Assembly: GCA_040385945.1 (NCBI GenBank)
Contig: JAZKGN010000106.1
Coordinates: forward strand, 1 to 46,874
Origin: Bacteroidota bacterium
GTDB lineage: Bacteria; Bacteroidota; Bacteroidia; Flavobacteriales; Flavobacteriaceae
DNA length: 46,874 bases
Reading direction: 5' to 3'
Each line of letters begins with the position of its first letter. The stretch's first letter is position 1. The translations under genes and the position numbers were made by a program. The notes below the pieces were generated by a model. That model made no database searches. It was not told the origin of the DNA and saw only the letters and a list, made by a program, of their open reading frames with translations. Positions 25,496 through 35,030 of this stretch are shown here, piece by piece.

Positions 25496-26563
25496 ATGTC
25501 ACATTCTATCAAACCCGGAGTTGCAACAGGAGATGAAGTTCAAGCTATTTTTAGTTATGCCAAAGAAAAAGGTTTTGCCTTACCAGCTGTAAATGTTACA
25601 GGATCAAGTACGGTAAATTGCGTTATGGAAACAGCAGCAAAATTAAATGCTCCTGTAATTATCCAATTTTCAAATGGCGGTGCTTCGTTTAATGCTGGGA
25701 AAGGATTGTCTAATGAAAATGAAAAAGCAGCTATTGCTGGAGGCGTTGCAGGTGCAAAACACATTCATACTTTAGCAGAAACTTATGGAGCAACTGTAAT
25801 TCTTCATACCGACCATTGCGCTAAAAAATTATTGCCTTGGATTGATGGATTGTTAGACGCTTCTGAGAAGTTTTTTGCAGAAACTGGAAAACCTTTGTAT
25901 TCGTCACACATGATCGATTTATCGGAAGAACCTATTGAGGAAAATATCGAAATCTGTAAAACCTATTTGGCACGTATGAGCAAAATGGGAATGACTTTAG
26001 AAATTGAACTTGGAATTACAGGTGGCGAAGAAGATGGTGTTGATAATTCGGATGTTGACAGCTCTAAATTATATACACAACCCGATGAAGTAGCTTATGC
26101 TTACGAAGAACTGATGAAGATTAGTCCGCGTTTTACCATTGCCGCTGCTTTCGGAAACGTACACGGTGTTTACAAACCTGGAAATGTAAAATTGACACCA
26201 AAAATTTTAAAAAACTCACAAGAATACGTTCAGAATAAATTCAACACAGGAGCCAATCCAGTTGATTTTGTTTTCCACGGAGGTTCGGGTTCAACTTTAG
26301 AAGAAATCAGAGAAGCTATTTCGTATGGTGTGATTAAAATGAACATCGATACCGACATGCAATTTGCCTACACCGAAGGAATCCGCGATTACATGACCTC
26401 TAAAATTGATTACTTAAAAACACAAATCGGAAGTCCGGATGGTCCAGATTCTCCAAATAAAAAATATTACGATCCAAGAAAATGGATGCGTGAAGGCGAA
26501 ATGACCTTCAACAAACGATTGGAACAGGCATTCGCCGATTTGAATAACGTTAATACATTATAA
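25496..26563 (+). CDS. fbaA: Class II fructose-bisphosphate aldolase
   Basis: ILHTDHC, SSHMIDLSEE, EIELGITGGEEDG, FGNVHGVY, VFHGGSG, KMNIDTD. Confidence 0.97.
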   Translation: MSHSIKPGVATGDEVQAIFSYAKEKGFALPAVNVTGSSTVNCVMETAAKLNAPVIIQFSNGGASFNAGKGLSNENEKAAIAGGVAGAKHIHTLAETYGATVILHTDHCAKKLLPWIDGLLDASEKFFAETGKPLYSSHMIDLSEEPIEENIEICKTYLARMSKMGMTLEIELGITGGEEDGVDNSDVDSSKLYTQPDEVAYAYEELMKISPRFTIAAAFGNVHGVYKPGNVKLTPKILKNSQEYVQNKFNTGANPVDFVFHGGSGSTLEEIREAISYGVIKMNIDTDMQFAYTEGIRDYMTSKIDYLKTQIGSPDGPDSPNKKYYDPRKWMREGEMTFNKRLEQAFADLNNVNTL

Positions 26564-26566
26564 ATA

Positions 26567-26636
26567 TAAGATTAAGAATTTGGGATTAAGGATTTAAAAA
26601 ATCCTAATTCCTAAATTCCTAATTCCTAAATTACAA
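26567..26636. repeat. TAAGGAT/TCCTAA heptamer tandem-inverted repeat
   Basis: attaagaatttgggattaaggattt aaaaa atcctaa ttcctaa attcctaa ttcctaa attacaa; same architecture as the etfB-etfA spacer. Confidence 0.75.
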
Positions 26637-26639
26637 AAT

Positions 26640-27494
26640 ATGGCTTGGTTTAAAAGAACAGAAAAAGGAATTACCACCGCAACAGAAGATAAAAAAGACG
26701 TCCCAAAAGGACTTTGGTATAAATCCCCAACAGGAAAAATTATCGATCAAGACGAGTTAGCTCGAAATTTATGGGTAAGCCCGGAAGATGATTTTCATGT
26801 GCGAATTGGAAGTGCTGAATACTTTGAAATTTTATTTGACAACAACGAATTCAAAGAACTAGACGCTAAAATGACATCGAAAGACCCGTTGCATTTTGTG
26901 GACACCAAAAAATATTCAGAGCGTTTAAAAGACGTGATGGAAAAAACCAAATTAAAAGACGCTGTTCGAACCGCCGTTGGAAAATCAAAAGGAAATGATT
27001 TGGTGGTTTGCTGTATGGATTTTGTTTTTATTGGAGGTTCGATGGGAGCTGTAGTAGGTGAAAAAATTGCACGTGGAATTGATCATTCTATCAAAAATAA
27101 CATTCCGTTTGTGATGATATCCAAATCGGGTGGCGCACGTATGATGGAAGCGGCTTATTCGCTAATGCAATTGGCAAAAACCTCAGCAAAATTAGCTCAA
27201 TTGGCAGAAGCTAAAATTCCGTATATCTCATTGTGTACTGACCCAACTACTGGAGGAACAACCGCTTCTTATGCCATGTTGGGCGACATTAATATTGGTG
27301 AACCAGGCGCTTTGATTGGTTTTGCCGGACCGAGAGTTGTAAAAGACACTACTGGAAAAGACTTGCCGGAAGGATTCCAAACTTCTGAATTTTTATTGGA
27401 ACACGGATTTTTAGATTTCATCGCACACAGAAAAGAACTTAAAAACAAAATCAATTTGTATGTTGATTTGATTTTGAATCAGAACATTCGATAG
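26640..27494 (+). CDS. accD: Acetyl-CoA carboxylase carboxyltransferase beta subunit
   Basis: [49 protein letters not shown]. Confidence 0.97.
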   Translation: MAWFKRTEKGITTATEDKKDVPKGLWYKSPTGKIIDQDELARNLWVSPEDDFHVRIGSAEYFEILFDNNEFKELDAKMTSKDPLHFVDTKKYSERLKDVMEKTKLKDAVRTAVGKSKGNDLVVCCMDFVFIGGSMGAVVGEKIARGIDHSIKNNIPFVMISKSGGARMMEAAYSLMQLAKTSAKLAQLAEAKIPYISLCTDPTTGGTTASYAMLGDINIGEPGALIGFAGPRVVKDTTGKDLPEGFQTSEFLLEHGFLDFIAHRKELKNKINLYVDLILNQNIR

Positions 27495-27516
27495 GTTTAA
27501 AAAACTAAATAATATT

Positions 27517-27548
27517 AAAAAACACAAAGTTGACGCTTTGTGTTTTTT
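27517..27548. terminator. Bidirectional intrinsic terminator
   Basis: AAAAAACACAAAG-ttgacg-CTTTGTGTTTTTT between convergent genes. Confidence 0.85.
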
Positions 27549-27572
27549 AATTTTTATAAGATTCCTTGTGTT

Positions 27573-28823
27573 TTAAAACCCACTTCGTATTGCTTCCACT
27601 GGATCTAATTTAGATGCTGAAATAGCAGGTAAAATTCCGGCAATCAAACCAATTACTGCAGCTAAAGAAGTGCCTAACATAATGTTTCCGAAACTGAGTA
27701 CAAATTCAAAATCCAAAGCTTGAGTTAGCAATACGGTAATTATCCAAACTAAAAATAACCCAATCGCACCTCCAAAAAGACACAAAATAATCGCTTCAAA
27801 AAGAAATTGAAAAAGGATGAATTTATTTTTGGCTCCCAACGATTTTTGAATTCCGATTAAATTGGTTCGCTCTTTTACAGAAACAAACATAATATTGGCA
27901 ATTCCAAAGCCACCAACAAGCAATGAAAAGCCTGCAATTATCCAGCCCATTATATTCATATTGCCAATAACTTCATCCAACATATCGGTAACTCCCGACA
28001 AAACACTGACAAAAAAATTGTCAATTTCGCCTGGTTTTAATCCACGTCTGTTGCGTAATTTCTGGGTAACATCGGCTTTAAATTCATCGATGTCGATGTC
28101 TTTTTCTGGAGAAATCGAAATCATGTGCATTACGTTATCATTAGAATCTCCAAAACGTCTTCTAATATAATTGGCAGGAACGTACACTGAGGTATCATTA
28201 CTCTGTCCGAAAAGTCCTTGTCCTTGTTTTTTCAAAACACCAATTACTTGAAATCGCTGACCATACAGCCTGATTTCTTTTCCTATCGGATCAACATCTT
28301 CAAAAAGAGAATTGGCTATTTCGGCACCAATAACAACGACTTGAGCTCCCGAATTGGATTCTGATTCGCTATAAAATCGACCACTTGAAAATTCCAATCC
28401 TTGAATATCCACAAATTCGTGAGTCACACATATAATATTGACACTGCTTACGGTTTGCGTGTCGTATTTTATATTTTCGGGCGATACGATTAACTGAAAT
28501 CCCAATTGTTTGGCTTTAGGCAAAGCTGTTTTTAAATACTCGTATTCTTCATAAGTCACTTCTGGAAATTGCTCTCTTTTCCATCTCGGAACCTCAGAAG
28601 GTCCAAAAGTAAATTTAGCGATGTAAACAGTATTTTTATCCAAACTGCTCAAGTCTTTTTTGATTTTCCTATCCAAAGAATCGACAGCTGCCAAAACAGC
28701 GATGATAGAAAAAATTCCAATAGTAATACCAAGTAACGAAAGTAATGTTCGCAGTTTATTGTTCCGCAATGCGTTCATTGCAAAACTAAAACTCTCTTTA
28801 AATAATCGTAAATAAACTATCAT
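27573..28823 (-). CDS. MacB/FtsX-family ABC transporter permease
   Basis: NKLRTLLSLLGITIGI, periplasmic domain with GRF, VGGFGIANIMFVSVKERT..IGI.K.LGA, ASKLDPVEAIR. Confidence 0.92.
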   Translation of the reverse strand: MIVYLRLFKESFSFAMNALRNNKLRTLLSLLGITIGIFSIIAVLAAVDSLDRKIKKDLSSLDKNTVYIAKFTFGPSEVPRWKREQFPEVTYEEYEYLKTALPKAKQLGFQLIVSPENIKYDTQTVSSVNIICVTHEFVDIQGLEFSSGRFYSESESNSGAQVVVIGAEIANSLFEDVDPIGKEIRLYGQRFQVIGVLKKQGQGLFGQSNDTSVYVPANYIRRRFGDSNDNVMHMISISPEKDIDIDEFKADVTQKLRNRRGLKPGEIDNFFVSVLSGVTDMLDEVIGNMNIMGWIIAGFSLLVGGFGIANIMFVSVKERTNLIGIQKSLGAKNKFILFQFLFEAIILCLFGGAIGLFLVWIITVLLTQALDFEFVLSFGNIMLGTSLAAVIGLIAGILPAISASKLDPVEAIRSGF

Positions 28824-28840
28824 ACTATAAAATGCATTTC

Positions 28841-28848
28841 CAAAGTTA
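28841..28848 (-). promoter_or_regulatory. -7 box for ABC permease
   Basis: CAAAGTTA is TAACTTTG on the minus strand. Confidence 0.5.
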
Positions 28849-29023
28849 AAACATTAGTAAATAATTTGTAGCAAATGTTACAGATTAATGTACTTTCTGA
28901 CTATTTCTTTTAAATCAATGGTAAAAAACAATCGTATTTTAGACTTTTCTTCCAAGCATAAAAAAATTAAAAAAACGCAAATAAAATCTTTACAATTCTA
29001 AAATAAAATCCGATTAAAAAAAC

Positions 29024-29031
29024 TACTTTTG
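29024..29031 (+). promoter_or_regulatory. -7 box for purH
   Basis: TACTTTTG 20 bp upstream of ATG 29052. Confidence 0.6.
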
Positions 29032-29051
29032 TGTGCTTAAACAACAACACA

Positions 29052-30578
29052 ATGAGCACAGTAAAAACAATACAATCGGCCTTAATTTCGGTATTTGACA
29101 AAACGGGTTTAGAGCCAATAGTAAGACAACTTCACCAACAAAACGCAACCATTTATTCTACTGGAGGAACCGAAGATTTTATTAAAAATTTAGGCATTCC
29201 TGTCGTAGCTGTAGAAGATGTTACTTCGTATCCTTCCATTCTTGGTGGACGCGTAAAAACATTACATCCAAAAGTATTTGGCGGAATTTTAAATCGCCAA
29301 GACAATGCTACCGATGTTGAGCAAATGAAGGAATTTGACATTCCACAAATCGACTTAGTGATTGTCGATTTATATCCTTTTGAAAAAACAGTAGCTTCTG
29401 GAGCCAATGAAGTAGATGTGATTGAAAAAATTGACATTGGTGGAATTTCATTAATTCGTGCAGCAGCTAAAAATTTTAAAGACACGGTGATTGTGCCTTC
29501 TGTAGAAGAATACGAATTGTTTTTGCAAATGATTACCGATGGAAATGGCGCCACAACATTAGAGCAACGAAAACTTTTAGCTACAAAAGCCTTTCATGTT
29601 TCATCGCATTATGATTCGGCTATTTTTAATTATTTCAATACAGACGAAACCGTTTATAAATCGAGCATTGCCAACGGACAAGTGCTTCGTTATGGTGAAA
29701 ATCCACATCAAAAAGGATTTTTCTTCGGCGATTTTGATGCGATGTTTACCAAACTTCACGGAAAAGAATTGTCGTACAACAATTTGTTAGACGTTGATGC
29801 AGCAGTAAATTTAATTTTAGAATTTAAAGAAAATAATCCAACGTTTGCCATATTAAAACACAATAACGCCTGCGGATTGGCTACCAAAAACACAATGGTT
29901 GAGGCTTATTTAGCAGCTTTAGCTGGCGATCCAACTTCAGCTTTTGGTGGCGTTTTGATTGCTAACGGAAAAATAGATACAGCAACTGCCAAAGAAATAA
30001 CGACCTTGTTTTGTGAAGTGGTTATCGCTCCGAGTTATGATGCTGAAGCCATTCAAATTTTACAAGAAAAGAAAAACCGAATTATTTTAGTACTAAATGA
30101 TGTACCTTTACCTCAACGCCAAGTAAGAACGTGTTTGAACGGACTTTTAGTTCAAGATAAAAACAACATCACCGATACTAAAAGTGTACTAAAAAACGTT
30201 ACTACTACAGCGCCAACAAATCAAGAAATAGACGACTTACTTTTTGCCTCAAAAATTTGCAAAAATACCAAATCAAATACAATTGTTTTGGCAAAAAACG
30301 GAACTTTATTGGCTTCTGGAACCGGACAAACATCAAGAGTAGATGCTTTAAAACAAGCGATTGAAAAAGCAACCAATTTCGGATTTGATTTAAAAGGAGC
30401 TGTAATGGCGAGTGATGCTTTCTTTCCGTTTCCGGATTGTGTAGCCATCGCTCACGAAGCTGGAATAAGTGCTGTTATTCAGCCCGGCGGGTCGATAAAA
30501 GACGAATTGAGTATCGATTATTGTAATGAAAATAAAGTTGCAATGGTATTTACAGGAACACGTCATTTTAAACATTAA
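29052..30578 (+). CDS. purH: Bifunctional AICAR transformylase / IMP cyclohydrolase
   Basis: ALISVFDKTG, GGRVKTLHP, IDIGGISLIRAAAKN, LRYGENPHQ, KHNNACG, ASDAFFPF, RHFKH. Confidence 0.98.
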   Translation: MSTVKTIQSALISVFDKTGLEPIVRQLHQQNATIYSTGGTEDFIKNLGIPVVAVEDVTSYPSILGGRVKTLHPKVFGGILNRQDNATDVEQMKEFDIPQIDLVIVDLYPFEKTVASGANEVDVIEKIDIGGISLIRAAAKNFKDTVIVPSVEEYELFLQMITDGNGATTLEQRKLLATKAFHVSSHYDSAIFNYFNTDETVYKSSIANGQVLRYGENPHQKGFFFGDFDAMFTKLHGKELSYNNLLDVDAAVNLILEFKENNPTFAILKHNNACGLATKNTMVEAYLAALAGDPTSAFGGVLIANGKIDTATAKEITTLFCEVVIAPSYDAEAIQILQEKKNRIILVLNDVPLPQRQVRTCLNGLLVQDKNNITDTKSVLKNVTTTAPTNQEIDDLLFASKICKNTKSNTIVLAKNGTLLASGTGQTSRVDALKQAIEKATNFGFDLKGAVMASDAFFPFPDCVAIAHEAGISAVIQPGGSIKDELSIDYCNENKVAMVFTGTRHFKH

Positions 30579-30584
30579 TTTTAT

Positions 30585-30592
30585 TATTTTTG
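30585..30592 (+). promoter_or_regulatory. -7 box for mre operon
   Basis: TATTTTTG between the purH stop and the mreB start. Confidence 0.55.
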
Positions 30593-30634
30593 TGTACAAA
30601 ATTTTTATAACAAACTAATACCCTTTAAATACCT

Positions 30635-31663
30635 ATGGGATTTTTTGATTTCATGACCGAGGACATCGCCATTGACCTCGGAACCGCAAATACGCTAATC
30701 ATTCACAACGACAAAGTGGTGATTGATAGCCCATCCATTGTTGCCAGAGACAGAATTACTGGAAAAATTATTGCCGTTGGAAAAGAGGCAAACATGATGC
30801 AAGGTAAAACTCATGAAAACATAAAAACCATCCGACCATTAAAAGACGGTGTAATTGCCGATTTCGATGCTTCGGAAAAGATGATTAGCATGTTCATTAA
30901 AAGCATTCCTGCTTTAAAGAAAAAAATGTTTACGCCTGCTTTGCGAATGGTAGTTTGTATTCCATCTGGAATTACCGAAGTGGAAATGCGTGCGGTAAAA
31001 GAAAGTTGCGAACGCGTAAACGGAAAAGAAGTCTACTTAATTCACGAACCAATGGCAGCAGCTATAGGTATCGGTATCGATATCATGCAACCAAAAGGAA
31101 ACATGATTGTGGATATTGGTGGTGGAACAACAGAAATTGCGGTTATCGCTTTGGGCGGAATCGTTTGTGATAAATCGGTTAAAATTGCTGGTGACGTTTT
31201 CACCAACGATATTATTTATTACATGAGAACGCAACACAATTTGTTCGTTGGAGAAACTACTGCTGAAAAAATTAAAATTACTGTCGGAGCTGCAACTGAT
31301 GCATTAGAAACTCCGCCAGACGATATGTCGGTTCAAGGTCGAGATTTACTTACCGGAAAACCAAAACAAGTAGAAGTTACTTTCAGAGAAATAGCCAAAG
31401 CATTAGACAAATCGATTCAACGTATTGAAGATGCGATTATGGAAACCTTATCGCAAACGCCTCCTGAATTAGCAGCCGATATTTACAATACCGGAATTTA
31501 TCTTGCCGGTGGTGGATCGATGTTGAGAGGTTTGGACAAACGAATTTCATTAAAAACAGATTTGCCAGTTTACATTGCCGAAGACCCATTGAAAGCAGTT
31601 GTTAGAGGAACCGGAATGGCATTGAAAAACATTCCGAAATTTAGAAGCATTCTTATAAAATAA
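30635..31663 (+). CDS. mreB: Rod shape-determining protein MreB
   Basis: IDLGTANT, RPLKDGVIADF, EPMAAAIG, VDIGGGTTE, LAGGGS.L.GLD. Confidence 0.98.
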   Translation: MGFFDFMTEDIAIDLGTANTLIIHNDKVVIDSPSIVARDRITGKIIAVGKEANMMQGKTHENIKTIRPLKDGVIADFDASEKMISMFIKSIPALKKKMFTPALRMVVCIPSGITEVEMRAVKESCERVNGKEVYLIHEPMAAAIGIGIDIMQPKGNMIVDIGGGTTEIAVIALGGIVCDKSVKIAGDVFTNDIIYYMRTQHNLFVGETTAEKIKITVGAATDALETPPDDMSVQGRDLLTGKPKQVEVTFREIAKALDKSIQRIEDAIMETLSQTPPELAADIYNTGIYLAGGGSMLRGLDKRISLKTDLPVYIAEDPLKAVVRGTGMALKNIPKFRSILIK

Positions 31664-31738
31664 CAGTGTTTGTTTGCAAATACTGAACACTGACACGAGC
31701 GAAGCGAACTGACGAAGTAATACTGAACACTGAAGACT
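31664..31738. repeat. 15-bp direct repeat plus inverted copy in mreB-mreC spacer
   Basis: AATACTGAACACTGA at 31679 and 31719; upstream CAGTGTT (31664) is complementary to AACACTG. Confidence 0.75.
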
Positions 31739-31744
31739 TAAAAG

Positions 31745-32572
31745 ATGCAGCAAATATTTAATTTTATATTTAAAAACAGCTATCGTATGCTGTTTTTGCT
31801 GCTTATAATTATATCACTTTCGTTAACCATTCAATCGCATTCTTTTCATAAAAGTAAGGTGATAAGCTCTGCCAATTTCTTATCTGGCGGTGTGTATGAG
31901 AAAATGAATAATGTGAACGAATATTTCAATTTGAAAATTCAAAATGATGAATTGGCAAAAGAAAACGCTCGACTCAAAAGCTTGCTTTTTAATTTAAAAG
32001 ACACCACCAAATTACCTGAAGTGGATAGCATTTATGGTGTTAAGAAAATTGACATCATCATTTCAAAAGTGATTAAAAACTCGTACAACGTTCACGAAAA
32101 TTACCTGACTTTAAACAGCGGAAGCAAACAAGGCATCAAACAAGACATGGGTGTTATCAATAGTTTGGGAATTGTAGGCGTTATCGAAAACACGTCGGCA
32201 AATTACTCAACCGTTTTAAGTATTCTAAACACCACGCGTCCGTTGAATGCCAAAATTAAAAAATCGGGACATTACGGTTCATTATCATGGAATGGAAAAA
32301 GCACTGGTTTTATACAGTTGACTGATGTTCCAAGATTGGCTTCTGTTAGAAAAGGTGATACCATTGTAACAGGTGGTTTGTCTGATATTTTTCCAGAAAA
32401 CATCAACATCGGAACCATTGAAAAAGTATTGACCGATAACGAAACCAACTTCTACACTTTAGACATTAGGTTGTTTAACGACATGACAAGCCTTGGCTAT
32501 GTCTACATCATTAAAAACAAAGACACGCCCGAAATTATTAATTTGGAAAAAAAGTCACTAAAGAATGAATAG
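31745..32572 (+). CDS. mreC: Rod shape-determining protein MreC
   Basis: N-terminal TM, coiled coil ELAKENARLK, LNSGSKQGI..DMGV, GDTIVTGG...IFP; operon position. Confidence 0.94.
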   Translation: MQQIFNFIFKNSYRMLFLLLIIISLSLTIQSHSFHKSKVISSANFLSGGVYEKMNNVNEYFNLKIQNDELAKENARLKSLLFNLKDTTKLPEVDSIYGVKKIDIIISKVIKNSYNVHENYLTLNSGSKQGIKQDMGVINSLGIVGVIENTSANYSTVLSILNTTRPLNAKIKKSGHYGSLSWNGKSTGFIQLTDVPRLASVRKGDTIVTGGLSDIFPENINIGTIEKVLTDNETNFYTLDIRLFNDMTSLGYVYIIKNKDTPEIINLEKKSLKNE

Positions 32573-33071
32573 TGCTTTATTAAATAATATTGCTCGTTTT
32601 ATTTTATTGTTAGCCGCACAAATTTTGCTGTTTAACAACATCAACTTTTTAGGATACATCAATCCGTTTCCGTATGTGTTATTCATTATTTTATATCCCG
32701 TTAACGGAAACAAATACGGTTTATTAGTCGCCAGTTTTTTTCTTGGTTTATTGATGGATATGTTTTTAAATTCGGGTGGCGTTCATACTACTTCGTGTTT
32801 GGTGTTAGCGTATTTTCGACCTGCGATTTTTAAATTCTCGTTCGGTTTGAGTTATGAATACCAAACGGTAAAATTAAACGATGTGCTTACACCAGAACGG
32901 TTTTCATTCTTATTCTTATCGATAGTTTTGCATCACATCATCTTATTTATTTTAGAAATTTTTACTATTGATTTCTTTTGGAATATTATTGTTCGTACTT
33001 TAGTGAGTACTCTCTTCACGATAATTATCAGTATATTAATTATTTATTTAATTAAGCCAAGTAAACGATGA
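32565..33071 (+). CDS. mreD: Rod shape-determining protein MreD
   Basis: Polytopic membrane protein with GLLMDMF..SGG; lies between mreC and mrdA. Confidence 0.9.
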   Translation: MNSALLNNIARFILLLAAQILLFNNINFLGYINPFPYVLFIILYPVNGNKYGLLVASFFLGLLMDMFLNSGGVHTTSCLVLAYFRPAIFKFSFGLSYEYQTVKLNDVLTPERFSFLFLSIVLHHIILFILEIFTIDFFWNIIVRTLVSTLFTIIISILIIYLIKPSKR

Positions 33072-35029
33072 GAAAGACATTGCTTCCAGCTCTTGTTATC
33101 ATAACAGCTTCTTTGTTATTGATACGTCTTTTTTATTTACAAGTTATTGATGATTCGTTGCGATTAAAATCGGAAAACAACGCGATTAAAATCAATTACA
33201 TTTATCCAGAGCGAGGTTATATTTATGATCGAAATGGCAAGCTTTTAGTCGCCAATCAACCTTCTTATGATATCATGGTAATCCCAAGAGATATCAAAGA
33301 AATTGATACGGTTCAATTTTGTGCGCTACTCGGAATTACCAAACTCGATTTCATAAAAAAGATTGAAAAAGCAAGAGTCTACAGTCCGTTACTACCTTCT
33401 GTTTTCTTACCACAATTGAACAAAGAAGAATACGCTGCTTTTCAAGAAAAACTGCGACGCTTCAACGGATTTTACATCCAAAAAAGATCGCTTAGAGATT
33501 ACCAAGTTGATTATGGTGCGAATGTTTTCGGATTCATAACACAAGTAAACGAAAAGATTATAGCCAAAAACAAATACTATGTTGGTGGTGATTTAATTGG
33601 AAAACAAGGTGTAGAGGAAAGTTACGAAGAAATTTTACGTGGTCAGAAAGGCGTGAAATATGTCCAAAAAGACAAATTCAATCGCGAAATTGGTTCGTAT
33701 AAAGAAGGGAAATTTGACACGATTGCCAAACAAGGTGAAGACGTTACGTTGACAATCGATGCCGAACTTCAAAAGTATGGCGAAGAATTAATGATTAACA
33801 AACGAGGCGGAATTGTAGCTATCGAACCCAAAACGGGTGAAATTTTAGCATTGGTAACAGCACCTTCGTATGATCCTGCGATTTTAGTCGGAAGAAAACG
33901 TTCGGCTAACTATACCAAATTGTACCGCGATTCTATTGCAAAACCATTGTACGATAGAGGTTTGCTGGCAGAATATCCTCCAGGTTCTCCTTTTAAAATT
34001 TTGACTGGTTTAGTAGCGCTTCAAGAAGGCGTTATCGACGAAACAACAACATTTAATTGCCGACACGGATTTAGTTACGCACGTGGTAGGTTTATGAAAT
34101 GCCACTGTCATGGTGGTGCAGTTGAATTGCACAGAGCTATTTTCGAATCGTGTAACACCTTTTTTTCTAGTTCGTATATTCGTACTGTTAACAAGTACAG
34201 AGATCGAGGTTATGGTGTAGATGTTTGGGCAAAACACCTCAAAAGTTTTGGTCTGGGTGATTTTATGGGATACGATTTGCCAACAGGAAGAAAAGGAAAT
34301 ATTCCGACATCCAAACTTTATGATAAAACCTATAAAGGATGGAAATGGGATGGAAAAACCATCGTTTCCAATGCTATCGGACAAGGAGAGGTATTAATGA
34401 CACCGGTACAATTAGCTAATTTTATGGCAACGATTGCCAATCGTGGGTATTATTACACGCCTCACATCATTAAAAGAATTGAAGGTAAAATGATTGATAA
34501 AAAATACCGAACCAAACATGTAACCACTATCAACAGAAAATATTTCGAACCGATAGTTGCTGGTATGTTTGACGTGTACAATCGTGGAACCGCAAGTGGT
34601 TTGGGTGCTGTAGGTATCGAAATTTGTGGAAAAACGGGAACTGCCGAAAATTTCGCCAAAGTCAACGGAAAAAGAGTCAAACTTCAAGATCACTCTATAT
34701 TTGTTGCCTTCGCACCAAAAGACAATCCGAAAATAGCCATAGCTGTTTTTGTTGAAAATGGGTATTGGGGAGCACGATGGGCAGGTCCGATCACAACACT
34801 AATGATTGAAAAATACTTGAATAAAAAAATCTCTCGTGTCGACTTTGAAAAAAGAATGTTACAAGGAAGTTTGAAGTCACAATACGACAAACTGCTTCCT
34901 GTTAAACAACAAGACAGTATTTTAAGAATAACAGATAGTTTGGCTTTCGCAAAGAAAAAATTAGATTCTATTGCAAAGCAAAAAGCAGCAAAAAAGGCCA
35001 CTCTTAAAGACAGTACAAAAGCATTATAA
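33068..35029 (+). CDS. mrdA: Penicillin-binding protein 2
   Basis: RGYIYDRNG; catalytic motifs SPFK (SxxK), SCN (SxN) and KTG. Confidence 0.96.
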   Translation: MRKTLLPALVIITASLLLIRLFYLQVIDDSLRLKSENNAIKINYIYPERGYIYDRNGKLLVANQPSYDIMVIPRDIKEIDTVQFCALLGITKLDFIKKIEKARVYSPLLPSVFLPQLNKEEYAAFQEKLRRFNGFYIQKRSLRDYQVDYGANVFGFITQVNEKIIAKNKYYVGGDLIGKQGVEESYEEILRGQKGVKYVQKDKFNREIGSYKEGKFDTIAKQGEDVTLTIDAELQKYGEELMINKRGGIVAIEPKTGEILALVTAPSYDPAILVGRKRSANYTKLYRDSIAKPLYDRGLLAEYPPGSPFKILTGLVALQEGVIDETTTFNCRHGFSYARGRFMKCHCHGGAVELHRAIFESCNTFFSSSYIRTVNKYRDRGYGVDVWAKHLKSFGLGDFMGYDLPTGRKGNIPTSKLYDKTYKGWKWDGKTIVSNAIGQGEVLMTPVQLANFMATIANRGYYYTPHIIKRIEGKMIDKKYRTKHVTTINRKYFEPIVAGMFDVYNRGTASGLGAVGIEICGKTGTAENFAKVNGKRVKLQDHSIFVAFAPKDNPKIAIAVFVENGYWGARWAGPITTLMIEKYLNKKISRVDFEKRMLQGSLKSQYDKLLPVKQQDSILRITDSLAFAKKKLDSIAKQKAAKKATLKDSTKAL

Positions 35030-35030
35030 A

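Noticed and set aside
27573-28823. ABC permease without adjacent ATPase
   Set aside because: Stand-alone MacB-like permeases are common in Bacteroidota.
28824-29051. ZMP/ZTP or purine riboswitch upstream of purH
   Set aside because: The region is extremely AT-rich with no stems, and the -7 box implies a leader of only about 15 nt.
31679-31733. Mini-CRISPR (repeat-spacer-repeat)
   Set aside because: The repeat is only 15 bp with two copies, and there is no leader or cas gene.
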